64,000 nt of DNA from a bacterium. GTDB taxonomy: Bacteria; UBA8248. Every line of letters begins with the position of its first letter. The first letter of the stretch is position 1. Position numbers and translations under genes: made by a program. This document shows positions 48,786-58,756 of the stretch, one piece after another. The stretch is from contig OY843592.1 in NCBI GenBank assembly GCA_963692865.2, positions 384,001 to 448,000 of the forward strand, read 5' to 3'. The notes beneath the pieces are model-generated. The model searched no databases. It had not been told where the DNA came from and saw only the letters and a list, made by a program, of their open reading frames with translations.

Positions 48786-49709
48786 GTGGGCGAAACGGCT
48801 CAAAAACAAACCGGATTGAGTGAAAGCATTATTGCCGCGGCTTCGCAAATCTGCCATGAACTGGAGGCCAAGGCCATTTTCATTCACGCGGACGCCATGA
48901 AGGACCTCGACGCCTTGATGGACCTCCCCGTCGGCGTGGAGCATTTCACCACCACCTGCTCCCCCGACCTCTACGAAGAACTGGAAAAACGGGATTGTAA
49001 GGTCTTGCAATTGCCCGCCTTGTCCCTGAACCGGATCGACATCATCAAGATGGGCGTCGTGATCGCCTTGAGCGAAGGCTCCATCACACAGAACGACACC
49101 GTGGTCTGCCTTTCAGGCTTGCCCGAGAACGAAGAAATCGACACGCTCATGGTCTTTCATCTGGATCACGAAAAAGAGATGCTCCAGACATCGGAAACGC
49201 AAAGCGCCGTCGAAGGCGTCGATCCGAAGGTGTTCGAAACGGTCTTGTCGCTCGCTCTCGAACTCGGCGCCGAGGGGCGGGAGGGAAAACCTCGCGGCGC
49301 GCTCTTTGTTCTTGGAGACCATGATCTCGTGCTTCAGTATTCACGCCAGCTCGTCATCAATCCCTTTCATGGATACCCGGAAGAGCAAAGAAACATCATG
49401 GACCCGGCCTTGCGCGAGACCATCAAGGAATTCAGCGCCATCGACGGCGCATTCGTCATTCGCGGAGACGGGATCATCGAAGCCGCCGGCAGGCACCTGA
49501 ACGCGGCGCCCGAGAATGATTTGCCCCCGGGGCTGGGTTCGCGTCATATGGCCGGGGCGGGCATAACGGAAGTCAGCACGGCCATATCCTTTGCCATCAG
49601 CGAGTCAACGGGCAGCGTTACGGTGCTTAAAGACGGCAAGGTATTCATGCAGATCAGCAAGTCGCAGCCTGCCAGGACATCAAGACAAGGAAAAGGCAAA
49701 AAGAAATAG
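48786..49709 (+). CDS. Diadenylate cyclase (DisA_N/DAC domain, DacZ-like)
   Basis: EGREGKPRGALFVLGD, NPFHGY, KEFSAIDGAF, GLGSRH, AISESTG. Confidence 0.85.
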   Translation: MGETAQKQTGLSESIIAAASQICHELEAKAIFIHADAMKDLDALMDLPVGVEHFTTTCSPDLYEELEKRDCKVLQLPALSLNRIDIIKMGVVIALSEGSITQNDTVVCLSGLPENEEIDTLMVFHLDHEKEMLQTSETQSAVEGVDPKVFETVLSLALELGAEGREGKPRGALFVLGDHDLVLQYSRQLVINPFHGYPEEQRNIMDPALRETIKEFSAIDGAFVIRGDGIIEAAGRHLNAAPENDLPPGLGSRHMAGAGITEVSTAISFAISESTGSVTVLKDGKVFMQISKSQPARTSRQGKGKKK

Positions 49710-49740
49710 CCGTTGTTCTTACCGTCGGGAGAAAGCAGTC

Positions 49741-49848
49741 ATGGTGTACGGAAAACTTTTCGGATTGTTGGCCCTCATCATCGGTGGAATCCTGGGCTTG
49801 AGCACGATTATCTTGATGCTCGACTTAATCGGTCTCTCGATTTTTTAA
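49741..49848 (+). CDS. Small hydrophobic membrane protein (35 aa)
   Basis: MVYGKLFGLLALIIGGILGLSTIILMLDLIGLSIF; GGAG upstream; fills an operon gap. Confidence 0.5.
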   Translation: MVYGKLFGLLALIIGGILGLSTIILMLDLIGLSIF

Positions 49849-49869
49849 GACCGGTTCACAGCCCGTTTC

Positions 49870-50622
49870 ATGCAACCCGACCTGTTCGAGCGTTTCAAAC
49901 ACAATCACTTCCTCGCTCCCATATCGGTAGACACGCTCAAAAAGATTGGCGAGCACATCGGCTTGTCGGCGGATCTTCTGGTGTTCGACGCATCGTGCGG
50001 CAAGGGAGGAAGCGTCATTTCGCTCGCACGAATGTTTGGATGTTCGGCAATCGGCCTCGATGATCGCCCCGAGTTCGTGGAAGATGGAAGACGGCGAATT
50101 TTATTCGAAGATCTGTCCCATCTCATCGATTTGCTGACGCATTCGAGCGATGATTATCCGTTCGACGACGATTACTTCGATCTGGCGCTTTTGTGCGGAC
50201 CCCCTTACCCCTCGAGCAGCGCAAGCAAGCTGAGGAGTCTGGTTCGGATAGTGAAGCCCGGGGGATGGATCGCCTTCTCCGGGCTGGTCTGGAAACCCGA
50301 AGATGAAGACGTCGACTCCGAACGACTGGCGAGATGGCTCGACGCCTATTTTCCCTGCGAACCGATTGACGCCGAGGAATTCCGAGGCCACCTTACGGAA
50401 CAGGGATATGACGTTGAATTCGTGGAGCACGAATCGGAAACCGCCTGGGAATCCTTTCTGGCTCCCCAGGCGCGCTCCATTATCGAGAACCGGCTTGAAT
50501 ATGCGGATTCACCCGAAGCCAGTGACGTCCTGGACAGCTGGCAGCAAGACCTCGAGATCTACCACGACGGCGGCGGAAAGCAGCTTCTAGGCTACGCCAC
50601 GTTCTTGCTGCGACGCCCATGA
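49870..50622 (+). CDS. Class I SAM-dependent methyltransferase-like protein
   Basis: VFDASCGKGG motif I variant, PFDDDYFD, VKPGGWI. Confidence 0.8.
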   Translation: MQPDLFERFKHNHFLAPISVDTLKKIGEHIGLSADLLVFDASCGKGGSVISLARMFGCSAIGLDDRPEFVEDGRRRILFEDLSHLIDLLTHSSDDYPFDDDYFDLALLCGPPYPSSSASKLRSLVRIVKPGGWIAFSGLVWKPEDEDVDSERLARWLDAYFPCEPIDAEEFRGHLTEQGYDVEFVEHESETAWESFLAPQARSIIENRLEYADSPEASDVLDSWQQDLEIYHDGGGKQLLGYATFLLRRP

Positions 50623-50741
50623 GGGAGACCGAACGCCCGTGCCCGCGGAAATTCCGGCGGCGCGGGTTTGACGAGCGGGTCGCCTGTGGTGTTTTCTCTC
50701 GATTCAAGATGTATTGACGTACACACGGACGAGGAGTGCGA

Positions 50742-52214
50742 ATGAACGAACTGTTTCAACTCGGCATCACGGAAATCACGGAGAGCCTGAGAGCCAGGGA
50801 GTTCAGCGCGGAGGAGCTGACCAGGGCCTATCTCGAACGCATCGGCGAAACCGAAGCGAGGGTGCACGCCTATTTGAGCGTTCTGGAGGATGAGGCCATC
50901 GCCGCCGCCCGCGCCGCCGATGCGAAAATCGCCGCCGGTGACGACGATTCTCCCCTTCTCGGAGTCCCCGTGGCCGTCAAGGATCTCCTTTGCATGAAGG
51001 GCACCAAGACCACTTGCGCTTCTCGGTTTCTGGAAAATTTCGAGGCGCCGTATGACGCCACCGCCGTAGCCCGCCTCAAGGAGGCGGGCGCGGTCATACT
51101 CGGCAAACTGAACATGGACGAATTCGCCATGGGTTCATCGTGCGAGCAAAGCGCGTTCGGCCCGACCCGCAACCCGTGGAACCTGAACACCACACCGGGC
51201 GGCAGCAGCGGCGGATCCGCCGCCGCCGTGGCGGCGCGCTCCTGCGTCGTCTCCCTGGGTTCGGATACCGGGGGCTCCATACGCCAGCCGGCCGCATGCT
51301 GCGGCGTCGTGGGCATGAAGCCCACTTACGGACGCATTTCACGCTATGGACTCATTGCCTTCGCCAGTTCTCTGGACCAGATCGGCCCGTTCGCGAAAAA
51401 CGTGCGAGACGCCGCCGTCCTGCTGGGCGCCGTGAGCGGCCACGACCCGCGCGATTCCACTTCGGCCGATGCGCCCGTGCCCGACTACACGGATGGCCTC
51501 GACGCGGGCGTTCGGGGACTCAAAGTCGGCATCCCCAAAGAATACTTCATCGAGGGGATGGACCCCGAGGTCGAGGCCGCGATTCAAAAGGCGATTGCCG
51601 TCTTCGAGGAACAAGGAGCGGAAATTCTCGAAATTTCTCTCCCTCATACCGAATACGCCTTGCCTGTCTATTACATCCTCGCCCCCGCGGAGGCGAGCAG
51701 CAACCTGGCGCGCTACGACGGGGTCCGCTTCGGTGTGCGCAAAGAAGGGGATTCCACATTTGGCTCCCTGTTCGGCATGTACGCGGCCAGCCGGGAAAAC
51801 GGCTTTGGCGACGAGGTAAAACGCCGAATCATGCTGGGCACCTATGCGCTGTCTTCCGGATATTACGACGCCTTTTATACGAAGGCGCAAAAAGTCCGCA
51901 CACTGATTTGCCGGGATTTCAAGACCGCGTTCGAGGAGGTCGACGTCGTGCTGTCGGCCACGGCTCCTACTCCCGCCTTCGAGATCGGTGAGCGCCTCGA
52001 CGACCCCATCAGCATGTACCTCTCCGACATCCTGACCATCCCCTGCAATCTGGCCGGTCTCCCCGGCATCAGCCAGCCCTGCGGTTTCACCTCGGGAGGG
52101 TTGCCGATAGGGCTGCAACTGGCGGGAAAACCATTTGCCGAAAAAACGATTCTTCAAGCGGCGGCGGCGTTCGAAAGCGCGACGACGCACCACGAAGCGC
52201 AGCCTTCGCTGTGA
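50742..52214 (+). CDS. gatA: Asp/Glu-tRNA amidotransferase subunit A
   Basis: [60 protein letters not shown]. Confidence 0.97.
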   Translation: MNELFQLGITEITESLRAREFSAEELTRAYLERIGETEARVHAYLSVLEDEAIAAARAADAKIAAGDDDSPLLGVPVAVKDLLCMKGTKTTCASRFLENFEAPYDATAVARLKEAGAVILGKLNMDEFAMGSSCEQSAFGPTRNPWNLNTTPGGSSGGSAAAVAARSCVVSLGSDTGGSIRQPAACCGVVGMKPTYGRISRYGLIAFASSLDQIGPFAKNVRDAAVLLGAVSGHDPRDSTSADAPVPDYTDGLDAGVRGLKVGIPKEYFIEGMDPEVEAAIQKAIAVFEEQGAEILEISLPHTEYALPVYYILAPAEASSNLARYDGVRFGVRKEGDSTFGSLFGMYAASRENGFGDEVKRRIMLGTYALSSGYYDAFYTKAQKVRTLICRDFKTAFEEVDVVLSATAPTPAFEIGERLDDPISMYLSDILTIPCNLAGLPGISQPCGFTSGGLPIGLQLAGKPFAEKTILQAAAAFESATTHHEAQPSL

Positions 52215-52239
52215 GCCGTAATTTCGATTGAGGGAGACG

Positions 52240-53688
52240 ATGGCGTACGAAACGGTTATCGGTCTTGAAGTACATGCCCAGTTGGACACGAAAAGCAAGA
52301 TATTCTGCGGCTCGAGCGCCGCGTTCGGGGGAAACCCGAACGAACACACCTGCACTGTGGATCTCGGGCTGCCCGGCGTGTTGCCCGTTCTGAACCGTGA
52401 GGTCGTGGAATTCACCCTGAGGCTTGGGCTGGCCGTCGGGGCGGAGATTGCGCCGGTCTGCCGGTTCGCCCGAAAGCATTATTTCTATCCGGACCTCCCA
52501 AAGGGATATCAAATCTCTCAATACGAAGAGCCCATCTGCACGGGGGGAAGCGTTCATTTCGTCACCAGGGACGGGCGGGACGTGAACATCAACCTCACGA
52601 GAATCCACATGGAAGAAGACGCCGGCAAGCTGATTCATGGAGACGAACTGGGAGACCCGAGCCATTCCTATTCCGATCTCAACCGCGCCGGCGTGCCGCT
52701 TCTGGAAATCGTCTCCGAACCCGAGCTCAGAAACCCCGAAGACGCCGAATCCTATATGAGGAAACTCAGGACGCTGGTGCGCTATCTGGGGATATCCGAC
52801 GGCAACATGCAGGAAGGCAGTCTGCGCTGCGACGCCAACATCTCCCTCAGGCCGCCAGGGTCCGAGAAATTCGGCGAGAAGGTGGAGATCAAGAACATGA
52901 ACTCGTTCCGCAACCTCCGTCGCGCGCTCGAATACGAAGAGGAGCGCCAGCGCGAAGTCCTGGATTCGGGCGGGGCCATTCACCAGGAGACCAGGCTTTG
53001 GGACGAGTCCGCAGGCGTGACGCGGGGCATGCGCTCGAAGGAATACGCGCACGATTACCGCTATTTCCCGGACCCCGACCTGGTGCCCTTGACCGTGGAC
53101 GCGGAATGGCTCGACGAGGTTCGCGCGCAAATGCCGGAGCTGCCCGACGCGAAAAGCAAACGCTTTCAGGAGGAGTTCGGCCTGCCCCGCTACGACGCGG
53201 AAGTGCTGACGGCGGAGAAGGAGTTGGCGGCCTATTTCGACAGGGTCGTCGCGGCCGCCGGAGAGGAACAAGCCAAGGCGGCGAGCAACTGGGTGATGGG
53301 CGACGTCCTGCGCCTGTTGAACGAACGCAAGATCGGCATCGAGGATTGTCCCGTAACGCCTGAGCGGCTGGCTGCGATGATCGCGCTCATCACCGATGGC
53401 GTCATCAGCGGGAAGATCGCGAAATCCGTGTTCGACGAGATGGCGGAGAGCGGTAAGGAACCCGAGGCCATCGTGGAGGAAAAAGGCCTCAGGCAGATTA
53501 GCGACACGGGCGCGATTGAGAGCGTCGTGGAAGAGGTGCTCGCCTCGAACCCCGGTGAAGTCGAAGCCTACCGGGGCGGGAAGACCAAGCTCATGGGCTT
53601 TTTCGTCGGCCAGGCGATGAAGGCGACAGGAGGCAAGGCCAACCCCAAAGCCTTACAGGAGATACTCCGGGAAAAACTGGGGAACTGA
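52240..53688 (+). CDS. gatB: Asp/Glu-tRNA amidotransferase subunit B
   Basis: YETVIGLEVHAQL, YFYPDLPKGYQISQ, HMEEDAGK, DYRYFPDPDL. Confidence 0.98.
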   Translation: MAYETVIGLEVHAQLDTKSKIFCGSSAAFGGNPNEHTCTVDLGLPGVLPVLNREVVEFTLRLGLAVGAEIAPVCRFARKHYFYPDLPKGYQISQYEEPICTGGSVHFVTRDGRDVNINLTRIHMEEDAGKLIHGDELGDPSHSYSDLNRAGVPLLEIVSEPELRNPEDAESYMRKLRTLVRYLGISDGNMQEGSLRCDANISLRPPGSEKFGEKVEIKNMNSFRNLRRALEYEEERQREVLDSGGAIHQETRLWDESAGVTRGMRSKEYAHDYRYFPDPDLVPLTVDAEWLDEVRAQMPELPDAKSKRFQEEFGLPRYDAEVLTAEKELAAYFDRVVAAAGEEQAKAASNWVMGDVLRLLNERKIGIEDCPVTPERLAAMIALITDGVISGKIAKSVFDEMAESGKEPEAIVEEKGLRQISDTGAIESVVEEVLASNPGEVEAYRGGKTKLMGFFVGQAMKATGGKANPKALQEILREKLGN

Positions 53689-53708
53689 CCGCAGAAGGCC
53701 GCCCCGCC

Positions 53709-54593
53709 TTAAGGGGATTCGCGCTCGCCGAACCCGTAGAGCGCGCAGGGATTCTCCACCAGAATCTTCCGGCGCATTTGCTCATCGGGCGCGAACTCCG
53801 CGAGAAGGTCCATCAAGTCGCCGTCATTGGGAATCACGGGCTTCACGTTCGTGTGCGGCCAGTCCGTGCCCCACACCACCCGCTCGGGCGCGGCGTCCAT
53901 CAGCGCGCGCGCCACGGAGACGGCGTCGCGGTAAGGAGAGCCGCTCCTGGAGATCCGATCGGCGCCGCTCAGCTTCACCCATGTGTTTCCTCTTTCCAGC
54001 AAGCCCAGCAGCAATCTGAAATCGGGGTGCGCCGGTGAGGCGCCCGCAGGAACGAGACCCATGTGGTCGAACACCGCGTCGACCGGCAATCGCCTTATCT
54101 CGGGCTCGAGTTCGGCCAACTGTCCGGCGTGTATGTGAAACTGCACGTGCCAGCCGAAGTCCTTGATCCGGGCGGCCAGCTCCTCCATCCGCTCGATTCC
54201 GCTCACTCCGCCCGAAGCCGAGTTGATGCGCGCTCCGCAGATGCCGCGCCTCGTCAGCTCATCGAGCCCGTCTTCGGTGACGTCCGCATCCACCACGCCC
54301 ACGCCCACGTAACCCGGCCCCAGGACGCGGACCGCCTCGATCACCCTCGCGTTGTCGGCGCCGTAAGGACTCGCCTGGACGACGACCCCCCGCTCAAGGC
54401 CCAGGACGCCGGCCATCTTCTTGTAGTCGCTCTCGAGAACCCGGGCGGGCGTGTAGCGCCTCCGCGCCGCGTAGGGGTATTCCGCCTCGGGTCCGAAGAC
54501 GTGGAAATGACAATCCGCCGCTCCCGCCGGGGCCTTGAACTTCGGCGGTTTCGTATCCGGGTCGGGGCCGGGAATGGTGGGCCGGGTCGTCAA
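53709..54593 (-). CDS. Amidohydrolase family protein (PDC lactonase-like)
   Basis: DCHFHVFG, VVQASPYG, DHMG, WVKLSG, WGTDWPH. Confidence 0.88.
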   Translation of the reverse strand: MTTRPTIPGPDPDTKPPKFKAPAGAADCHFHVFGPEAEYPYAARRRYTPARVLESDYKKMAGVLGLERGVVVQASPYGADNARVIEAVRVLGPGYVGVGVVDADVTEDGLDELTRRGICGARINSASGGVSGIERMEELAARIKDFGWHVQFHIHAGQLAELEPEIRRLPVDAVFDHMGLVPAGASPAHPDFRLLLGLLERGNTWVKLSGADRISRSGSPYRDAVSVARALMDAAPERVVWGTDWPHTNVKPVIPNDGDLMDLLAEFAPDEQMRRKILVENPCALYGFGERESP

Positions 54594-54632
54594 GCGCGCG
54601 TCCTCGAATCCATGGATGAGCGAGAGCGGAAC

Positions 54633-55103
54633 CTATCTTCTTTTCTTCTTGCGGTAGGGTCTGTGGCACTGCGTGCAGCTATCCGAAAGCGCGCTGAACG
54701 TCTTGAGAACGGTGGTCTTGTCTTTCGCCTTGGCCGCGCGGGCCAGGTCTCTTGCGGTTTGAACCGAAGCTCTGGCGATTTTCGAGTAATCCTCGAACCG
54801 GCGCCAGACTTCCGCCTTGATGCGCGTCTTGCCGAAGGCGCTTCCCCTGGGGCTCAGGTAGGGAATCGCCGCCGAGAGCAGCGCGATTTCCTCCGCCGCC
54901 GAGGCGACGCGCGCGTAGTTCTCCTTTTTCGAATACACCTTGACGCGGCGCATCGCGCGGCTGATGCTCTTCATCGTCCGCACGCGCACCCTCTGGACGC
55001 CGCGCAGCGTCTGCTCGTCCTGGCCAGCGGAAAAAGAGGGAAGAAGAACCGCCGCCGTCAGAACGGCGCAAACCGTCGCGCACACCCGTTTCGAAATTCG
55101 CAT
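54633..55103 (-). CDS. Cytochrome c' (class II cytochrome c)
   Basis: Signal peptide, helical body, C-terminal SCTQCHRPYR heme motif. Confidence 0.82.
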   Translation of the reverse strand: MRISKRVCATVCAVLTAAVLLPSFSAGQDEQTLRGVQRVRVRTMKSISRAMRRVKVYSKKENYARVASAAEEIALLSAAIPYLSPRGSAFGKTRIKAEVWRRFEDYSKIARASVQTARDLARAAKAKDKTTVLKTFSALSDSCTQCHRPYRKKKRR

Positions 55104-55190
55104 ATCCACTCCTCGCAGATGGCCGGGAACCCCTCTTCCCGAGAGCGTCCGCCCATACTAGGAGGGGGCGGCGAAAGTGTCAACGGAAGC

Positions 55191-55294
55191 CCCGGTTTCG
55201 ACATAACCCTTTATGATTCAATGAGATAAATTTTCAGGAATTTACCGGAAAACGTCGTGAATTTATCCGAATTTATACAATTTTTCAGGAATTC
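55191..55294. repeat. 104-bp AT-rich inverted repeat, right copy
   Basis: Reverse complement of 45167-45270 with 4 mismatches. Confidence 0.9.
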
Positions 55295-55562
55295 GAAGCG
55301 GGGCGTTTTCGTTCCGTTTCCGGGATGCGCCATCGTTTCGGCGCGGCCTGGGTTCGTTTTGTTTTTCCGCAGCGTCCGAGCGCACGGGAACGCCCTCCTC
55401 GCGGCGGATTCTGCCGCATCCAGGCGAGAGCGCGATAACGGCAAATGCGGGGGAATGCGCGCGGGGCCGACCTCCGTGGTTCTTCCCCGCGGGGGCGCTT
55501 CGCGAAGCGCCCGTTCGAGTCCATGGCGAATGATCGACGCCTTGCCGAACCCTGCCGCGAAG

Positions 55563-55766
55563 GGGCTGTTGAAAAAGTCCTGATGAACGAGTGTTTTACG
55601 CGACCGGAGAGGAACGGTTTTTGTAGGTCAGACATATATGTCTGACATATCATGCGGCCCGCCTTGTGGAGGCGAAAATCAGGGTCGCATGATATGTGTG
55701 GGACAACCCCGAGGAGGGGTTGTCACCTACAAACAAATTGTCTCTCTCCGGCTTTTTCAACAGCCC
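55563..55766. mobile_element. MITE-like element with REP cargo
   Basis: GGGCTGTTGAAAAAG...CTTTTTCAACAGCCC flanked by direct repeat CGCGAAG; internal GTAGGTCAGACATATATGTCTGAC. Confidence 0.75.
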
Positions 55767-55776
55767 CGCGAAGCCT

Positions 55777-56436
55777 TTATTTGGCTTTGCCCGATGTGTA
55801 GCTTATCAACTCCCATGAGAAATCTCTCATTCTGGTCTTGTGTTCCCATTCATAAAGCACGTTCGTCTTGAGAACGGGAGAAATGTACATATCGATTTTG
55901 CTGACCCTGGTCTCGCAGAAAATATGATAGGTATCGAAACTGCCCGCGGGCACGCTGACCCGAACCTGCTCCTTGGCTTCACAATCCGTTTTGTAGCTCC
56001 AGCTTCTGCCCGCGTTGTTTGACCCCTTGTATTCCGTGCGCCACTTCTGGCCGACTTTCAGGGGCCAGATTTCACCCTCGATCATTTTGATGGAGCCGGT
56101 TCCGCTGCTTCGCCTGCCTCCGTGCCTGCAATTCGCCCACTTCAAGGATTGCCGTACACCACCTATGAATGACGCATGTCTTGAGATGGTATAATTACAG
56201 TCCCGATTGTTCTCCAAGGTAATCGTGGTTTCATCCGACGCCACGATCGTGTGGGAGTTCTCAAATCCCCTGGAATGTCTCCAAGTTAATACGGTCCCGA
56301 GGGGCAATGCGGGCTTCGGCATCGGCGCAAGCGCGGCCGATACGGGCTTGACGTCGGCCGCCGACGCCGATGGAGTATGGCCGAAGGCGCCGATTGCGAA
56401 TGCGAACGTCAGGCTTGCGGTGATGATACGTTTCAT
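55777..56436 (-). CDS. Hypothetical secreted protein
   Basis: Signal peptide MKRIITASLTFAFAIG...ASA; IWPLKVG and VSVPAGSFDTY motifs common in exported beta-rich proteins. Confidence 0.75.
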   Translation of the reverse strand: MKRIITASLTFAFAIGAFGHTPSASAADVKPVSAALAPMPKPALPLGTVLTWRHSRGFENSHTIVASDETTITLENNRDCNYTISRHASFIGGVRQSLKWANCRHGGRRSSGTGSIKMIEGEIWPLKVGQKWRTEYKGSNNAGRSWSYKTDCEAKEQVRVSVPAGSFDTYHIFCETRVSKIDMYISPVLKTNVLYEWEHKTRMRDFSWELISYTSGKAK

Positions 56437-56591
56437 GGAGCGACTCCTTCCTCTGTTGAATCGCGGACCGGGCGAGGCGACGTTCCGGGATTGAATTGAC
56501 TCGTTGCCCGCCGCACCCGGCGCGGAGCCGGAGCGTCGGGAGGGGGGCGTCCGCCGCGCGGTGGGTATAGGGAATGCGCGGGAAGGGTATA

Positions 56592-56696
56592 TGGCGCCGG
56601 AGGCCGGCACCAAACCGGAGAAACGAAAAACCGAAAACCCTTATATAGTAAAGGGTTGCGGGGTTTGATGTTTTTTGAGTCCCTCAATGAGTCCCT
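56592..56696 (-). other. att-like site: tRNA 3'-end fragment plus integrase arm-type repeats
   Basis: Minus strand GGTTTGGTGCCGGCCTCCGGCGCCA; adjacent palindrome AACCCTT-N8-AAGGGTT and direct repeat TGAGTCCCT x2. Confidence 0.45.
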
Positions 56697-58091
56697 TTAA
56701 TATGGCAATCTAACCGGCGGAGTATCATCGGGAGGATTGAGCGTAGTGTATCTCTCCGGCGCGGTTTTTCTTCGCTTCCCGCCGAATGAGCCTATAACTC
56801 CATGTTTCTCGAATACGCCCGCCACTTCACACGCCTTGCAATCGGCGGTGTTCCCGTAAAAATCCCCGTCGATGTAGCCAAGGGTAGGATGCGGGTTTTG
56901 GTTGTCCGCGTGGTTGCCGTGGCCTTTGTAGAAAAACGATCCGTCGTCGTTTTGCGGGATGTTTTCAAACTTGATGGTTTCCGGCCCCTTATAGAGCGAC
57001 CCGGATATCTCGCTAAATTCCACGTCTACTTGATGATCCTTGAAATCGTAGTTTATCGTCGCCCTGCCGTCGACGTATCCATGAACCGTAAACCCCCCCC
57101 TCTCATAATCGCGCCCGGACATGAAACCATGCCACGTTGCGCCGAGCGCCGCATCCTCCGGCGGTTTTCCTCGGTAGAGATTTCCGAATGCGGCCCCGTG
57201 AGTTTGACTCAAATATTCCCCTTGTTCCCCATATTCAAAGGTTCTAACGTAAAAGACGCTATGTTCGCCCACCCCACCCCAATATGAAATACTTTGATAG
57301 TCACCACCAGATATACTACCAGAAAGAGACGTCATCTCGTAAAATTCGTAACTCGGCTTAACTTCGTCCCGATCTAATATATGAAGAACCACGCCAATCG
57401 AAAAATCTTGTCCACCTACACCGGCAATTTGTGAATAACTCTTATAGTCAACCCCGTCAATCTCAATCCTCTTTACTGTGCATATGTTGCCGTTATGCGC
57501 GAGGCCCGGACAAGTAAGCTTTTGTCGAGCAAGCTCATGTGCGGTTATTTTTCCTTGCTCTGTTCGCATAAACTGGGTGAAACCGTTGCCATAGGTGTTG
57601 ATTTCATCCGTCATTTCAAGGTGGATAACGTCAATATCCACGTTGCTCCCGGCGATTTGATATTTCACCGGCGGGGTTGTTCCTGTAGCCGGCGGCGTTC
57701 CTCCTCCTCCGCCCGTGCCTCCGCCTGTTCCTCCGTCGGTTCCTCCGTCGGTTCCTCCGCCTGTTCCTCCGCCTGTTCCTCCGCCCGTTCCTCCGTCCGT
57801 GCCTCCGCCCGTGCCTCCTCCGCCCGTTCCTCCGCCCGTTCCTCCGTCCGTGCCTCCGCCCGTGCCTCCTCCGCCCGTTCCTCCGCCCGTTCCTCCGTCC
57901 GTGCCTCCGCCCGTGCCTCCGCCCGTGCCTCCGCCCGTGCCTCCGTCTACTATGCCTCCTCCTCCGCCCGTGTTTGCGCTACCGCCGCCTCCGCCGCAGC
58001 CGTAGAGCGCGAGGGCGCAAACCAGCGCGAAAGAGAGCAGCGCCAATGAAAGCGATTTTTTCTTCGAGGGTTGCCTTTCGAGTCGGATCAT
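56697..58091 (-). CDS. Lipoprotein with Gly/Thr-rich linker and TbpB-like C-terminal barrel
   Basis: Lipobox LYGC-GGGGG, about 100 aa of GGGT/DGGT repeats, C-terminal ATWHG..G, IDGDFYG, EVAGVF...GSFGG. Confidence 0.78.
   Translation of the reverse strand: MIRLERQPSKKKSLSLALLSFALVCALALYGCGGGGGSANTGGGGGIVDGGTGGGTGGGTGGGTDGGTGGGTGGGGTGGGTDGGTGGGTGGGGTGGGTDGGTGGGTGGGTGGGTDGGTDGGTGGGTGGGGGTPPATGTTPPVKYQIAGSNVDIDVIHLEMTDEINTYGNGFTQFMRTEQGKITAHELARQKLTCPGLAHNGNICTVKRIEIDGVDYKSYSQIAGVGGQDFSIGVVLHILDRDEVKPSYEFYEMTSLSGSISGGDYQSISYWGGVGEHSVFYVRTFEYGEQGEYLSQTHGAAFGNLYRGKPPEDAALGATWHGFMSGRDYERGGFTVHGYVDGRATINYDFKDHQVDVEFSEISGSLYKGPETIKFENIPQNDDGSFFYKGHGNHADNQNPHPTLGYIDGDFYGNTADCKACEVAGVFEKHGVIGSFGGKRRKTAPERYTTLNPPDDTPPVRLPY
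57700..58000. repeat. Coding 12-bp tandem repeat (CCTCCGCCCGTG/T variants)
   Basis: Encodes GGGT/DGGT units. Confidence 0.9.
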
Positions 58092-58160
58092 TTCTTTCGC
58101 CTCCCCTTCTTAACCGTGAAAATTTCCGTTCTCCGGACCGCGGATGCAGCCGGAGCGTTT

Positions 58161-58276
58161 ACCCGAAAAACCACGAGCAAGAAGAGATGGATTTCCCGCA
58201 GGCTCCGCTCTCCGGGGGATGGAGAGAAGCTTCTGTCCGGCGGGAAGACCGAATCGACCATCGCGGTTCTTGTGGC
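58161..58276 (-). ncRNA. Candidate structured RNA, copy A
   Basis: Long terminal stem with G-U pairs on the minus strand, internal hairpins, AAATCCATCTCTTC motif; TTGACA 30 nt upstream. Confidence 0.5.
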
Positions 58277-58637
58277 AATGAAAATAATTGGATATGCAGG
58301 GTGGAATGTCAAGCGCGCGTGGATGAGCAAAACGGAGAAAGTTTTTTTTGGGGGGCTTGATGTGACATGGCTGTAGATAGAGAGCGGCGGAAAAATATCT
58401 TAAAAAAAAGTCGTTTTTTTGCGCCGAAAAATCCGTTATGGTTGCATCGGGAAGTTGGGAAAATGCGTTTCGTTGTATTGGGTTTCCCGAAGTCGAGTTT
58501 CTTTTTCGCTGAAAGGGGAGGGTGATAATCGAAAAAGCCCCCGGTCGGCGATACGAGTTGAAGATGAATGGGCGGGTCCATCATTCGATGAAATGAAAAA
58601 GGTTGTCCCCGAACCGCAAACGCAGTCCGGGCTGTTT

Positions 58638-58756
58638 GCCACAAAAACCACGATCGAAGAGATGGGTTTCCCGCCTATTCCGGCCTCCAGGAGACTGGAG
58701 GCCGTGTTGTATTCGGCGGGCAGCCCGAAAGGGCCGACTGCCGTGGTTTTTGTGGC
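58638..58756 (-). ncRNA. Candidate structured RNA, copy B
   Basis: 15-bp stem GCCACAAAAACCACG/CGTGGTTTTTGTGGC, internal hairpins, AAACCCATCTCTTC motif; TTGACA 30 nt upstream. Confidence 0.55.

Noticed and set aside
55196-55222. dif-like site (CATAA...TTATG) within the 104-bp repeat
   Set aside because: The central spacer is 4 nt, not the 6 nt required for XerCD dif sites.
56592-56616. Intact tRNA gene
   Set aside because: Only a 3' fragment with a degenerate T-loop; no D-arm or anticodon arm visible.
58638-58756. c-di-GMP or c-di-AMP riboswitch identity for the structured motif
   Set aside because: Lacks the GGCAAACC/GACGCAAAGC (GEMM) and ydaO consensus elements; kept as an unassigned RNA.
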